64,000 bases of DNA from assembly GCA_949299015.1 (NCBI GenBank), contig CASFYT010000017.1:436-64435 (forward strand). The letters run 5' to 3'. The DNA comes from an uncultured Bacillota bacterium (GTDB taxonomy: Bacteria > Bacillota_I > Bacilli_A > RFN20 > CAG-288). Both the position numbers and the translations under genes were made by a program. The notes under the pieces were generated by a model. It was not told the DNA's origin. It worked only from the letters and a program-made list of their open reading frames with translations, and did no database searches. Below, one piece after another: positions 25,677-35,563 of the stretch. Within the stretch, counting starts at the first letter, position 1. Each line of letters opens with the position of its first letter.

Positions 25677-28403
25677 ATGGAACTCAAGAAGACGCTCACC
25701 ATGCCCAAGGGAAGCTTTCCGATGCGGGCCAACCTGCCCCAGAAGGAACCCCTGCTCGTCGAGAAGTGGCAGAAGATGCACCTCTACGAGAAGCTGAGAG
25801 AGAAGAACGCGGGGAAGAGGCCGTTCTACCTTCACGACGGCCCGCCCTATGCCAATAACGAAATCCACGCCGGCCACGCCCTGAACAAGATCCTCAAGGA
25901 CATGATCGTCCGCTATCGGAACCTTGCCGGCTTCGACGTCCCCTACACGCCGGGATGGGACTGCCACGGCCTTCCCATCGAGCTCTGCGTCACGAAGGGT
26001 GGCGTCGACCCGCGGAAGACGGCACCGGCCGAGTTTCGTCGCCAGTGCCGCCAGTACGCCCTCGGACAGGTCGACCGCCAGCGTCGGCAGATGCTCTCCC
26101 TCGGCCTCGTCGGGGACTACGAGCATCCCTATCTCACGCTCGACAAGGAGTATGAATCCCACCAGCTGGAGATCTTCCGCGACATGGCCCTCCAGGGCCT
26201 GATCTACAAGGGCCTCAAGCCCGTCAACTGGTCGCCCTCCAGCGAGTCGGCCCTGGCCGAGGCCGAGATCGAGTACCGGGACGTGGAGGCCAAGACCGTC
26301 TACGTCCGCTTTCCCGTACGCGACGGAAGGAACGTCGTCCCGGAGGAAGCGAGCTTCGTCATCTGGACCACGACGCCCTGGACGTTGCCCGCCAACCTGG
26401 CGATCTGCGTCCATCCGCGCCTGACCTACGCCCTCTACCGGACGGACAGGGGCCTCTTCGTCTTCCTCAAGGACCTTGCCGATACCCTGATGATGAAGCT
26501 TTCCCTCTCCCGGATGGAAGAAGTGCGTTCCTTCCAGGGACAGGAACTCGAAGGCATCCGCTGCCGCCATCCCTTCTACGACCGCGATTCCGTCGTCATC
26601 TGCGACGAGTACGTCACCAGCGACTCCGGAACCGGCTGCGTCCATATCGCGCCGGGCCACGGCGAGGATGACTACCGGGTCGGAAAGAAGTATGGGCTGC
26701 CGCCGCTGTGCCCCGTCGACGAGCGCGGCTACATGACGAAGGAGGCGGGGCCGGAGCTGGAAGGCCTCTTCTACGAGGAATGCAACGAGAAGGTCCTTTC
26801 GATCCTGAAGGAGAAGGACTGCCTCCTGCGGGAGGAGGACATCGTCCATTCCTATCCCCACGACTGGCGCACGAAGAAGCCGACGATCTTCCGGGCGACC
26901 AAGCAGTGGTTCTGCTCCATCGACCGCATCAAGGGCCAGTTGGTCGCGGAAGCGGAGAAGGTCTCCTTCCTTCCGACCTGGGGAAAGGCGAGGCTTGTCA
27001 ACATGCTTTCCAACCGCGACGACTGGTGCATTTCCCGCCAGCGTCTCTGGGGCGTTCCGATCCCGATCTTCTACGGAGAGGACGGGGAGCCCCTGCTCGA
27101 CAAGGAACTCTTCGACCACGTCATCGAACTGGTCCGGGAGCACGGGAGCGACATCTGGTACGAATGGGACGTCCGTGACCTGATGCCGGAAGGCTATTCC
27201 TCTCCGCACTCGCCCCATGGCCTCTTCACCAAGGAGAAGGACATCATGGACGTCTGGTTCGATTCCGGTTCCTCCTTCCTCGGCTCGGGCATCGCCCTGA
27301 ACCACCCCTTCCCGGCCGACCTTTACCTGGAGGGCAACGACCAATACCGCGGCTGGTACAACTCCTCGATGATCCTGTCGGTCGCGACGAGAGGCCTTTC
27401 CCCCTACAAGGCCGTCGTCACGCACGGATTCCTCGTCGACCAGAACGGCGAGAAGTTCTCCAAGAGCAAGAAGAACGGCATCGATCCCGAGACGATCTGC
27501 TGGAACTTCGGGGCCGACATCCTGCGCCTCTGGGCGACGACGATCGACTACTCGACGGCCGAGATCAAGCTGTCCAACGAGCTGCTCAAGATCGTCGGCG
27601 AGGAATACCGCAAGATCCGTAATACCTTCAAGTTCCTGCTCTCCAACCTGCTCGACGATGACGAAGGACATGGCTTCGATCCGTCCTACGTTCCGCACTA
27701 TTCGCCCGTAGAGGAGCTCCTCCTCAACCGGCTGAAGGAAGTCCTTGTCGAGATGAAGAGCGGATACGAGAGCTATAACTTCTCCAAGAGCTGTAACGCC
27801 TTGACGAACTACCTCATCAACGATTTGTCGTCCTTTGCGCTCGACTTCGGAAAAGACATCCTCTATTGCGAGAAGAAGGATTCCGAGAAGCGGAGGAACT
27901 TCCAGTCGCTCCTCTACACCATCACGAAGTCCCTGACGATCGCCCTCTCGCCCATCCTTCCCTTCACCACGGAGGAAATCTATCAGACGCTTTGCGTTCC
28001 CGACAGGAAGGAGAGCGTCGCCCTGGAAGACTATCCCGAGCTCGGCGAGCCCGATCCGGAGCTCTCCAAGGAGTACCAGACGCTTCTGGAAATGCGGAGC
28101 CATGTCAACAGCCTTCTCGAGCCCTTGCGGCAGCAGGGGACCATCGGCTCCTCCAGCGAGGCCCAGGTCTTTTACGCCCCGGCCTCCGAGGCGGAGAAGG
28201 AACTGATCGACAGGCTCGGCGAAAGTTCCCTCGCCCTGGTCTTCCTCGTCTCTTCCTTCCAACGGAGCGACAGCTCGCGGGCCCAAAGGCATCCGGGGCA
28301 TCGCTGCGAGCGCTGCTGGAACTACTTCGACGAGGTGACGGAGCGGGAAGGCCATTCCCTCTGTACCCGCTGCCTTGACGCCATCGGAGGAGAGGGACGG
28401 TGA
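25677..28403 (+). CDS. ileS: Isoleucine--tRNA ligase (type 1)
   Basis: LHDGPPYAN..HAGH, GWDCHGLPIE, WTTTPWTLP, DWCISRQRLWG, KFSKS, C-terminal CERCW...CTRC. Confidence 0.97.
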   Translation: MELKKTLTMPKGSFPMRANLPQKEPLLVEKWQKMHLYEKLREKNAGKRPFYLHDGPPYANNEIHAGHALNKILKDMIVRYRNLAGFDVPYTPGWDCHGLPIELCVTKGGVDPRKTAPAEFRRQCRQYALGQVDRQRRQMLSLGLVGDYEHPYLTLDKEYESHQLEIFRDMALQGLIYKGLKPVNWSPSSESALAEAEIEYRDVEAKTVYVRFPVRDGRNVVPEEASFVIWTTTPWTLPANLAICVHPRLTYALYRTDRGLFVFLKDLADTLMMKLSLSRMEEVRSFQGQELEGIRCRHPFYDRDSVVICDEYVTSDSGTGCVHIAPGHGEDDYRVGKKYGLPPLCPVDERGYMTKEAGPELEGLFYEECNEKVLSILKEKDCLLREEDIVHSYPHDWRTKKPTIFRATKQWFCSIDRIKGQLVAEAEKVSFLPTWGKARLVNMLSNRDDWCISRQRLWGVPIPIFYGEDGEPLLDKELFDHVIELVREHGSDIWYEWDVRDLMPEGYSSPHSPHGLFTKEKDIMDVWFDSGSSFLGSGIALNHPFPADLYLEGNDQYRGWYNSSMILSVATRGLSPYKAVVTHGFLVDQNGEKFSKSKKNGIDPETICWNFGADILRLWATTIDYSTAEIKLSNELLKIVGEEYRKIRNTFKFLLSNLLDDDEGHGFDPSYVPHYSPVEELLLNRLKEVLVEMKSGYESYNFSKSCNALTNYLINDLSSFALDFGKDILYCEKKDSEKRRNFQSLLYTITKSLTIALSPILPFTTEEIYQTLCVPDRKESVALEDYPELGEPDPELSKEYQTLLEMRSHVNSLLEPLRQQGTIGSSSEAQVFYAPASEAEKELIDRLGESSLALVFLVSSFQRSDSSRAQRHPGHRCERCWNYFDEVTEREGHSLCTRCLDAIGGEGR

Positions 28404-29053
28404 AGAAGTTCCTTCTGGGAATTCGCGACAGCGTCTCACGGAAGGAGCTTCCCTACTTCCTCGCCTTCACCATCGGCATCGTCGTCCTGATCATCCTGGA
28501 CGTGCTCACCAAGTACTTCGCCTACTGGAACCTCTCGTCCTACGGAAACGTCATGGACGCGGTCCCGGGCCTGTTCAACTTCGTCCTCGCCTTCAACAAC
28601 GGTGCGGCCTGGGGCATCATGGCCGACCTGAAGTGGCTTCTGACCCTGCTTTCCCTCTTCGTCGGCACGGGAATCTTCGTCTTCTACCTCTGCCGTTTCT
28701 CGAAGATGCCCAAGGTCTATGCGCTGAGCCTGGCCCTGATCGTCGCCGGCGCCTACGGGAACCTCGTCGACCGCATCGGTTACTGGGCCGGCCTTGGCAT
28801 CTACCAGAACGGCGTCATCGACTTCCTGCAGTTCGCGTTCTGGACGTCCTTCCCTGTCTTCAACCTCGCCGACAGCTACCTGACGATCGGCGTCTTCCTC
28901 CTTCTCGTCGCCTTCATCGTCTCCTTCCTGCGCGGACGGATGCAGAGGAAGGATGCCGCTGAGGCCGAGATCGACGTGGAAAACCTGACGCAGAAGGTGC
29001 TGCGGGAACAATCCAAGGAGACCGAAAATGGAGAAGAAAGTCGTTCCGATTGA
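28400..29053 (+). CDS. lspA: Lipoprotein signal peptidase II
   Basis: NNGAAWG, GAYGNLVDR, VIDFL, PVFNLADS. Confidence 0.95.
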   Translation: MKKFLLGIRDSVSRKELPYFLAFTIGIVVLIILDVLTKYFAYWNLSSYGNVMDAVPGLFNFVLAFNNGAAWGIMADLKWLLTLLSLFVGTGIFVFYLCRFSKMPKVYALSLALIVAGAYGNLVDRIGYWAGLGIYQNGVIDFLQFAFWTSFPVFNLADSYLTIGVFLLLVAFIVSFLRGRMQRKDAAEAEIDVENLTQKVLREQSKETENGEESRSD

Positions 29054-29948
29054 GGAGAGCGGCCGCCTCGACGTCGTCCTCAGCCGCGCCTTGGGCCTCT
29101 CCCGGAGCCAGGTCTCGAAGGAAATCCGTGCCGGACGCGTCCTCGTCGGGGAGAAAGCCGTCACGAGCGGTTCCTTCGCCCTGAAGGGTGGAGAGGAGGT
29201 CACCCTCCTTCCCGGAGAGGAAAAGTCCCAGAAACCTGCGGTCTGCAAGGCCCCGGGGGAGGAGACGCTCGACTTCGTCTACCGGGACGAGGACATCGCC
29301 GTCATCAACAAGCGCCGCGGCGTCGTCGTCCATCCGGCGCCGGGGCACTACGACGACACGCTCGTCAACTACCTGGCCCGGGAAGGAGACTTCGACTTCG
29401 ATATCGATTCCGGGAAGGACGTCCGGCCCGGCATCGTCCATCGCATCGACAAGGACACCTCCGGCCTTCTGGTCGTCGCCCTCCATCCCGAGAGCCAGAG
29501 CGTCCTGCAGGAGGAGATCCGCTCTCACGAGTTCGAAAGGCTCTACCTTGCCCTGGTCCAGGGCCGGGTCCCGGACGCCCGCTTCTGCGTCAATGCGCCC
29601 CTGACGCGTCCCAACCACAGCCAGCGCCGCGCCGTCGTCGATCCGATCCACGGAAGGGAGGCCATCACCCATTGCGTCCTCCTCTCCGCCACCGACAAGG
29701 TCTCCCTCCTGCGCTGCCGGCTCGACACGGGAAGGACGCACCAGATCCGCTCCCACCTCAGCTACATCAACCATCCTCTCGTCGGCGATCCGCTCTACGG
29801 CCGCAACCCTTCCCCGGTTGCCGACAGGGGACAGGCGCTCCACGCCTACTCCCTCTCCTTCCTCCATCCGCGGACGATGAAGCGGATGACGTTCTTCGCT
29901 CCCCTGGACGACTATTTCCTCGACCTGCTCCGCTTCTATTACCGATAG
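29028..29948 (+). CDS. rluD: RluA/RluD family pseudouridine synthase
   Basis: S4-like N-terminus RLD...SRS, HRIDKDTSGLL, TGRTHQIR, GDPLYG, QALHA. Confidence 0.9.
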   Translation: MEKKVVPIEESGRLDVVLSRALGLSRSQVSKEIRAGRVLVGEKAVTSGSFALKGGEEVTLLPGEEKSQKPAVCKAPGEETLDFVYRDEDIAVINKRRGVVVHPAPGHYDDTLVNYLAREGDFDFDIDSGKDVRPGIVHRIDKDTSGLLVVALHPESQSVLQEEIRSHEFERLYLALVQGRVPDARFCVNAPLTRPNHSQRRAVVDPIHGREAITHCVLLSATDKVSLLRCRLDTGRTHQIRSHLSYINHPLVGDPLYGRNPSPVADRGQALHAYSLSFLHPRTMKRMTFFAPLDDYFLDLLRFYYR

Positions 29949-29979
29949 AAAAGAAAAGGACCCCGAGGGGTCCTTTTTT
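29949..29979. terminator. Bidirectional intrinsic terminator
   Basis: AAAAGGACCC-CGAG-GGGTCCTTTTTT between convergent genes. Confidence 0.8.
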
Positions 29980-30061
29980 CGCGCGTCCGTCCTTTGCCGC
30001 CTTCCCTTCTGAAACGGAAGGGAGAGAAAAGAAAAAGGGGACGATTCGTGGAACCTTCCCC

Positions 30062-30430
30062 TTACTTCGGATCCTTTTCCTCTTCCAGGACCTCGATCTT
30101 CGAGACGTTGTTGAGCCGAGGCGGATACTCGAGGGCGATCGTCCCGTCGTAGGTGATGCGGAGCAGCTCTCCGTCCCGGACTTCGTCGATGGAGATGGGC
30201 TCCTTGTTGCGATAGACCGTCTTCGCCTGCTGTCCGTCGAACGTATAGAGGTAGTCCTCGGTTCCCGTGTCGCGGACGGAGAGGGTGCAGAGGTTGTTGA
30301 CGAGGGCGTAGCGTCCTTCGATGATCTGTTCGCTGCTCTTCTCGATCTCGAGGTTGTGGATGCCTTCCTGTTCGGAGTCCTTTCCGAAGCCGGAGACGAG
30401 GCTCAGGGCCGCAAAGAGAAAGGATTTCAT
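30062..30430 (-). CDS. Small exported protein, YobA/DUF3221-like
   Basis: Start MKSFLFAALSL after GGAGGGG; motif EVRDGELLRITYDGTIALEYPPRL..VSKIEV; ATGA-coupled to rnhC. Confidence 0.6.
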   Translation of the reverse strand: MKSFLFAALSLVSGFGKDSEQEGIHNLEIEKSSEQIIEGRYALVNNLCTLSVRDTGTEDYLYTFDGQQAKTVYRNKEPISIDEVRDGELLRITYDGTIALEYPPRLNNVSKIEVLEEEKDPK

Positions 30431-31377
30431 CGTTCCCCTCCTTTCGGGATGATTATACGGGATGAGAAGTCGTCCTGGTAGTTGCGAAAATACTTCTTGA
30501 CGTACGAGCCGACCTTCTCCGCGGGCCACTTCTTGCACAGCTTCTGGTAGCAGTGGTCGACAAGGGCGGAGGCTCCCTTGGGGATCTCCGCTTCGAGGTC
30601 TTCCTCCATCTTTTTCCAGTAGATCAGGAAGTGGTATCGGGCAAGGACGGAAGAGAGGGCGACGGAAGGATAGAAGGTTTCTCCTCTTGTCCGGAAATAG
30701 AGAGGGTTGGAGATCCGATCGCTTCCGACGTGCCGGAGATAGAGGTCCTCGCCTTCGAACTGGTCGACGTAGCAGACGACGTCCCGGCCGAGACGGTAGC
30801 GCTCCTTGAGTCGGGATTGGGCGTGGTTGTGGAGGATGGCCATCACCTTGTGGACGTTCTGGCCCCTCGTGACGAGCTCGGAGAGCTTCCTGGGCGAAAG
30901 CAGGCAGGAGTAGGAACGCGTTTTCTCCTTCAGGAGCTCCCCGACCTCGAGGATGTAGTCGTCCTTCATCTTCTTGGAATCCTCGATGCGAAGCCGGAAG
31001 AGGAGGTCCAGGTCCGTCTCGTCGACGTAGCTGGCGACGACGACCAGGGGGCCGAAGAAGTCTCCGACTCCGACCTCGTCGCTCCCCATCTGGCGGGAGA
31101 GGTCCTCGAACCCCTCCTCCCTCCTCTGGGCGGGGTTGCTCTCGCTGACGGTGACGTCCCGGGAGAAGAACTCGGCCTCCTCGACGGCGTCCTTGGAACC
31201 GGCGAAGACGATGGTATAGACTTCCTTCCGGTTGCGGTAGGCCTTGATGTCGATGCCGTCCTTCCGGACCTGGAAGTAATCGTAGGGACGCCGGGGATCG
31301 TCGATTTCCTCGGCACGGTAGAAATCGCGGATTTCTTCGGCTTTCTCGGGCGTCACCTTGATCTTGGCGTAGGTCAA
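30427..31377 (-). CDS. rnhC: Ribonuclease HIII
   Basis: N-terminal TBP-like domain; GSDEVGVGDFFGPLVV, DSKK, VDQF, SVALSSVLAR, PKGAS. Confidence 0.92.
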   Translation of the reverse strand: MTYAKIKVTPEKAEEIRDFYRAEEIDDPRRPYDYFQVRKDGIDIKAYRNRKEVYTIVFAGSKDAVEEAEFFSRDVTVSESNPAQRREEGFEDLSRQMGSDEVGVGDFFGPLVVVASYVDETDLDLLFRLRIEDSKKMKDDYILEVGELLKEKTRSYSCLLSPRKLSELVTRGQNVHKVMAILHNHAQSRLKERYRLGRDVVCYVDQFEGEDLYLRHVGSDRISNPLYFRTRGETFYPSVALSSVLARYHFLIYWKKMEEDLEAEIPKGASALVDHCYQKLCKKWPAEKVGSYVKKYFRNYQDDFSSRIIIPKGGER

Positions 31378-31448
31378 ATCGCGTTCTCCTTCCTCCCCTA
31401 ATATATAGCACAGAATCCCCTTTTGGATGTGATAAAATCTCTACGGAC

Positions 31449-33764
31449 ATGGAAACGAACAAGCTACAGGAAGAAATCCAGGCCGTCCTGGAACGATGGA
31501 AGGCCTTCCTCGCGACGGAAGGCATGAAGAAGGAGGCGACCTTCGAGAACCTGCTCTGCAAGGACAGGGACGAGCTTCTCTACGATCACGCCTATCTTCG
31601 GGAATGCGAATCCTTCCTCCGCAGCGGACACCGCCTCTCCCTTCCCAACCTTCCGGACCTGGAGGGGACCTTTTCGGACCTGGACAGGGGAAGGACGATC
31701 GACGGAGCTTCCCTCCTGGCCCTGAGGGACCTTCTCTCCTCCGTCCAGGACATCGTCAGGGAGCTCTCTACCCTGGAGGGGAGCGAGATCCTTCTGGACG
31801 AGGCTTATCTTCTCAACGGGATGCCGGCTCTCCTGCGCCTTCTCGTCCAGAGCCTGGAGGACGACGGCTCCGTCGCCGACACGGCCACGGCCAAGCTCGC
31901 CTCGATCCGGAGGGAGGAGAAGAAGCGGGAAGCCGAGATTCAGGGGGCGATGGAAGGCTACCGCCGCCGCTACGCCCGCTTCCTCTCCGTCGACGGGGTG
32001 ACGATCAAGTCGGGGATGGAATGCCTTCCGGTCCGCCTGGCCGACAAGGGCCAGGTCTCCGGCACGGTCCTCTCCTATTCCAAGACGGGAGAGACGGTCT
32101 ACATGGTCCCCTACGCGGTCCTTGAGCAGAAGAACGCCCTGATCGCCCTTCGCCAGGAAGAGCAGGAGGAGGTGCTCCGGATCCTCGCCGACCTCTCGCA
32201 GGAGGCGCGGAAGGGACTCTCTTCCCTGCGGCAGGACTATACGGTCCTCCTGCGTCTCGACCGCTTCTTCGGTGCCACGGACTTCGGCCATTCCTACGAC
32301 GGCTCGATCGCCGAGCTCTCGGACGACGGACTGGTCCTGGAAGCGTTCTTCCACCCCCTCCTGAACGCCAGGAAGGTGGTCGACAACACGCTCTCCCTGG
32401 GAGCGGGAAAGCCGCGCGTCCTTCTGATCACGGGGCCCAATGCCGGCGGAAAGTCCATCCTCATCCGGGCGGTCGGGCTCGCGGTCCTGATGGACAAGCT
32501 CGGCCTCTTCCTCCCGGCCCATCGGGGCGGACGGATTCCCTTCCGGAAGGACGTCCTCTTCCTGGGAGGGGACAACCAGTCGGTCATGGACAACCTCTCG
32601 ACCTTCTCGGGGCACCTCCTGGGCCTCAAGGAGATCGTCGAAAGGGCTACGAAGGAGAGCCTCGTCATCGTCGACGAGGTCGGAGAGGGGACCTCCCCCA
32701 AGGACGGAGAGGCCCTGGGCGTCGCCCTCCTCTCCTACTTCGAGTCGCTCTCCTGCCTGACGCTGATGACGTCGCACTTCGACGGCATGAAGAACTACGC
32801 CCTGCAGGACAGGGACGTCCTTTCGGCAGCGATGGAATTTCAGAAGGAGACGCTCTCGCCGACCTATCGGCTGCTCCTGGGCGTCTCGGGCAACTCCTAC
32901 GGCCTGCTTCTGGCCCGGAGGATCGGCCTTCCCGAGTCGATCCTGGAGCGGGCGGAGGAATACAACCGCAACCGCCAGGAGATCGACGTCGACAGCATCG
33001 TCGACGACCTCAACGCCCAGAAGAGGAGGCTCGAGGAGAAGGAGCGGAAGATCGACAACCGCCTCCGGGACCTGGAGCGCCTGGAGGAGAAGAGGAAGAA
33101 GCAGCTCGAGGCCATCAACCTCGAGAAGAGCCAGATTCATCTCAAGGCGCAGGAGAAGGTCGAACGGATCGTCGAGCAGAAGGTCCAGGAACTCGACCGC
33201 ATCTGGCAGCAGAGCGGAAAGAAGGAGATGGCCTTCAACGAACTGAGCAAGGTCAAGGGCGAGATGCATCGCTTCGTCCAGCAGGGACAGGAGACGAAGG
33301 AGCAGGCGACGGAAGTGCCCCAGCTCCAGGAGGGAGACGACGTCCTCGACGAGGACCAGAGGCGGGGGACGATCCTGGAAGTGAGGAAGAACATGGCGCT
33401 CATCGACTACGACGGACTTCGCATTCGCCGTCCGCTCTCCGGGCTGAGGAAGGCCAAGAAGGAGAAAAGGGCCCCGAAGACCTACGTCGAGAGCGTCCAT
33501 CTCGACCTCAACCCCTCCCAGGGAATGGAGCTCAACGTCATCGGCCTCCACGTCGACGAGGCGATGCGGAAGGTCGTATCCTTCCTCGATTCCGCCCGCG
33601 TCCGCCGTCTTTCCTTCGTCCGGATCATCCACGGGGCCGGCACCTTCGCCCTGAAGAACGCCGTCTGGAAGTATCTTCAGAACCATTCCGAGTTCGTCAA
33701 GGACTACCGCCTGGGCGGAGAAGGAGAAGGGGGCCTTGGCGCCACCGTCGTCCATCTGAGATGA
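31449..33764 (+). CDS. mutS2: Endonuclease MutS2
   Basis: ITGPNAGGKS, QSVMDNLSTFSGH, DEVGEGTSP, coiled coil, C-terminal Smr IIHGAGT...GGLGAT. Confidence 0.95.
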   Translation: METNKLQEEIQAVLERWKAFLATEGMKKEATFENLLCKDRDELLYDHAYLRECESFLRSGHRLSLPNLPDLEGTFSDLDRGRTIDGASLLALRDLLSSVQDIVRELSTLEGSEILLDEAYLLNGMPALLRLLVQSLEDDGSVADTATAKLASIRREEKKREAEIQGAMEGYRRRYARFLSVDGVTIKSGMECLPVRLADKGQVSGTVLSYSKTGETVYMVPYAVLEQKNALIALRQEEQEEVLRILADLSQEARKGLSSLRQDYTVLLRLDRFFGATDFGHSYDGSIAELSDDGLVLEAFFHPLLNARKVVDNTLSLGAGKPRVLLITGPNAGGKSILIRAVGLAVLMDKLGLFLPAHRGGRIPFRKDVLFLGGDNQSVMDNLSTFSGHLLGLKEIVERATKESLVIVDEVGEGTSPKDGEALGVALLSYFESLSCLTLMTSHFDGMKNYALQDRDVLSAAMEFQKETLSPTYRLLLGVSGNSYGLLLARRIGLPESILERAEEYNRNRQEIDVDSIVDDLNAQKRRLEEKERKIDNRLRDLERLEEKRKKQLEAINLEKSQIHLKAQEKVERIVEQKVQELDRIWQQSGKKEMAFNELSKVKGEMHRFVQQGQETKEQATEVPQLQEGDDVLDEDQRRGTILEVRKNMALIDYDGLRIRRPLSGLRKAKKEKRAPKTYVESVHLDLNPSQGMELNVIGLHVDEAMRKVVSFLDSARVRRLSFVRIIHGAGTFALKNAVWKYLQNHSEFVKDYRLGGEGEGGLGATVVHLR

Positions 33765-35563
33765 ATCCCCTCGAGATTCCCCTGATCCGGGAGAAGATTG
33801 CCCTCCTCCCCGACCGTCCGGGTTCCTACCAGATGAAGGACAAGGACGGGACGATCATCTACGTCGGAAAGGCGAAGTCCCTCCTCAAGAGGGTGAAGCA
33901 GTATTTCACGCGTCCCCAGTCGGGAAAGGTCTTTCGGATGGTCTGCGAGATCCGAGACTTCGATATCATCGAGACACAGACGGAAAAGGAAGCCCTTCTT
34001 CTCGAAATTTCACTGATTCATCAATATTATCCGAAATACAATATTATGTTGATGGACGACAAGATGTATCCGTACATCGCCTTGCGCAAGGGCTCGGATC
34101 CCTTCCTCAAGATCAGTCGGAGCGACAAGGAGAAGGGCTATCTCTTCTTCGGTCCCTACCCCAATTCCTCGATGGCCTACAAGACGATCGACCTCCTCAA
34201 CAAGATCTATCCGCTGCGCAAATGCCGGACCCTGCCCAAAAGGCCCTGCCTCTACTACCACCTCGGCCAATGCCTCGCCCCCTGCGTCCGGAAGGTCCCA
34301 CAGGAGGACTACGACCGGATGGTCCACGACATCGCCCTCTTCCTCAAGGGGGAGACCCGCGACGTGGTCTCCCGCCTTGAGTCCGAGATGAAGGAGCGGG
34401 CCAGGAACCTGGAATTCGAACGGGCGAAGGAGCTCCACGACCTCCTTTTGGCCATCGAGAACATCACGACGAAGCAGAAGGTGATGTTCGAGGACCACGT
34501 CGACCGCGACGTGGTGGGCTATTCGGTCCGGGAAGGCTATCTCTGCGTGGTCTTCCTCCTCTACCGCAAGGGCGTTCTCCTCGGGAAGAACGTCTACGTG
34601 GAGGAGCTGGAGGACGACATCGACGACGTCCTCGAGAGCCTGGTCGTCCAGTTCTACCAGAACCACCCGCGTCCAAAGGAACTGATCGTGCCGCACGAAA
34701 GCCTCTGCTCCGTCCTGACCTCGGCCCTGGGATTCCCCTGCTCCTCCCCGACCCGAGGGAAGAGGAAGGACCTTCTGGCGATGGCCCTGGAGAACAGCCG
34801 CCAGATGCTCGACGAGCACTTCCAGACCGCAAGGCTCAAGGACGACGTCCTCGTCCTTCTGGAGGAGCTCCAGAAGAAGCTGGGCCTTTCCAGGACCCCG
34901 CTGGACATCGAGCTCTACGACAATTCCCACACCCAGGGCGCGGAGTGCGTCGGTGCCATGGTCAAGTTCATCAACGGCGAGAAGGCCCCCTCCCTCTATC
35001 GGAAGTACCGCATCCGTCAGGAGAACAGCCAGGACGACCTCGCCTCGATGCGGGAAGTCCTCTCGCGGCGCTTCGCCCGCCTGGTCTCCGACCGCCAGAA
35101 GCTTCCGGACCTGATCGTCGTCGACGGCGGGGAGAACCAGTGCCAGGTCGCCCTCGAATGCAAGGCCGAGGCCGGGGTCGACATCCCAATCTGCGGCCTG
35201 AAGAAGAACGAGCGGCACGAGACCGACAGCCTCCTCAACGCCGATACCGGCGAGATCATCCCCCTGGACCGGAAGAGCCCCCTCTTCTTCCTCCTGATGC
35301 GGATGCAGGACGAGGTCCACCGCTATGCCATCTCCTACCATCGGTCCCTGAGGGGGAAGAGCGCCTACCGGACGCTCTACGACGACATCCCCGGAATCGG
35401 GCGGAAGCGGAAGGAGACGCTTTTGAGCCTCTATCCGACCGTCGACGCCCTCGAAGACGTCACGGAGAAGGAGCTGAGCCAGGTCGTTCCCTCGTCGGTC
35501 GCCGAGGCGATATTGAAGCGAAGGGACGAATTCTTCCAGTCCCGGAAAGGAGATCGTGAATGA
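33761..35563 (+). CDS. uvrC: Excinuclease ABC subunit C
   Basis: GIY-YIG IIYVGKAKSL, LEFERA UVR domain, YDNSH, PDLIVVDGG, QDEVHRYA, IPGIG. Confidence 0.97.
   Translation: MNPLEIPLIREKIALLPDRPGSYQMKDKDGTIIYVGKAKSLLKRVKQYFTRPQSGKVFRMVCEIRDFDIIETQTEKEALLLEISLIHQYYPKYNIMLMDDKMYPYIALRKGSDPFLKISRSDKEKGYLFFGPYPNSSMAYKTIDLLNKIYPLRKCRTLPKRPCLYYHLGQCLAPCVRKVPQEDYDRMVHDIALFLKGETRDVVSRLESEMKERARNLEFERAKELHDLLLAIENITTKQKVMFEDHVDRDVVGYSVREGYLCVVFLLYRKGVLLGKNVYVEELEDDIDDVLESLVVQFYQNHPRPKELIVPHESLCSVLTSALGFPCSSPTRGKRKDLLAMALENSRQMLDEHFQTARLKDDVLVLLEELQKKLGLSRTPLDIELYDNSHTQGAECVGAMVKFINGEKAPSLYRKYRIRQENSQDDLASMREVLSRRFARLVSDRQKLPDLIVVDGGENQCQVALECKAEAGVDIPICGLKKNERHETDSLLNADTGEIIPLDRKSPLFFLLMRMQDEVHRYAISYHRSLRGKSAYRTLYDDIPGIGRKRKETLLSLYPTVDALEDVTEKELSQVVPSSVAEAILKRRDEFFQSRKGDRE

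Noticed and set aside
25860-27470. IleRS signature variants HAGH and KFSKS as a mupirocin-resistance signal
   Set aside because: The protein is a type 1 IleRS in the usual ileS-lspA-rluD context; these variants are within normal class I variation and resistance cannot be inferred.
25614-28439. Very long antisense ORFs (941 aa opposite ileS; likewise opposite mutS2, alaS, infB, the NLR-like gene and the ABC genes)
   Set aside because: They mirror real genes codon for codon. The host avoids TTA/CTA/TCA codons, so the antisense frame lacks stops, and the products have no recognisable motifs.
30272-30283. GCGGACGGAGAG matching the tRNA-Leu 3' region as a possible att site
   Set aside because: Only 12 bp, inside a CDS, on the wrong side of the tRNA and flanking core genes.
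30062-31561. 499-aa minus-strand ORF and other upstream-extended ORF calls (40206, 54427, 56611, 58147)
   Set aside because: Only the 3' portions are real genes; the extensions overlap neighbouring genes in another frame, so starts were reassigned.
34027-34054. dif-like sequence (TTATCCGAAAT-ACAATA-TTATGTTGATG) within uvrC
   Set aside because: Only the XerD-like arm partly matches, the XerC arm is poor, and the bases encode the conserved PKYNI motif of UvrC.
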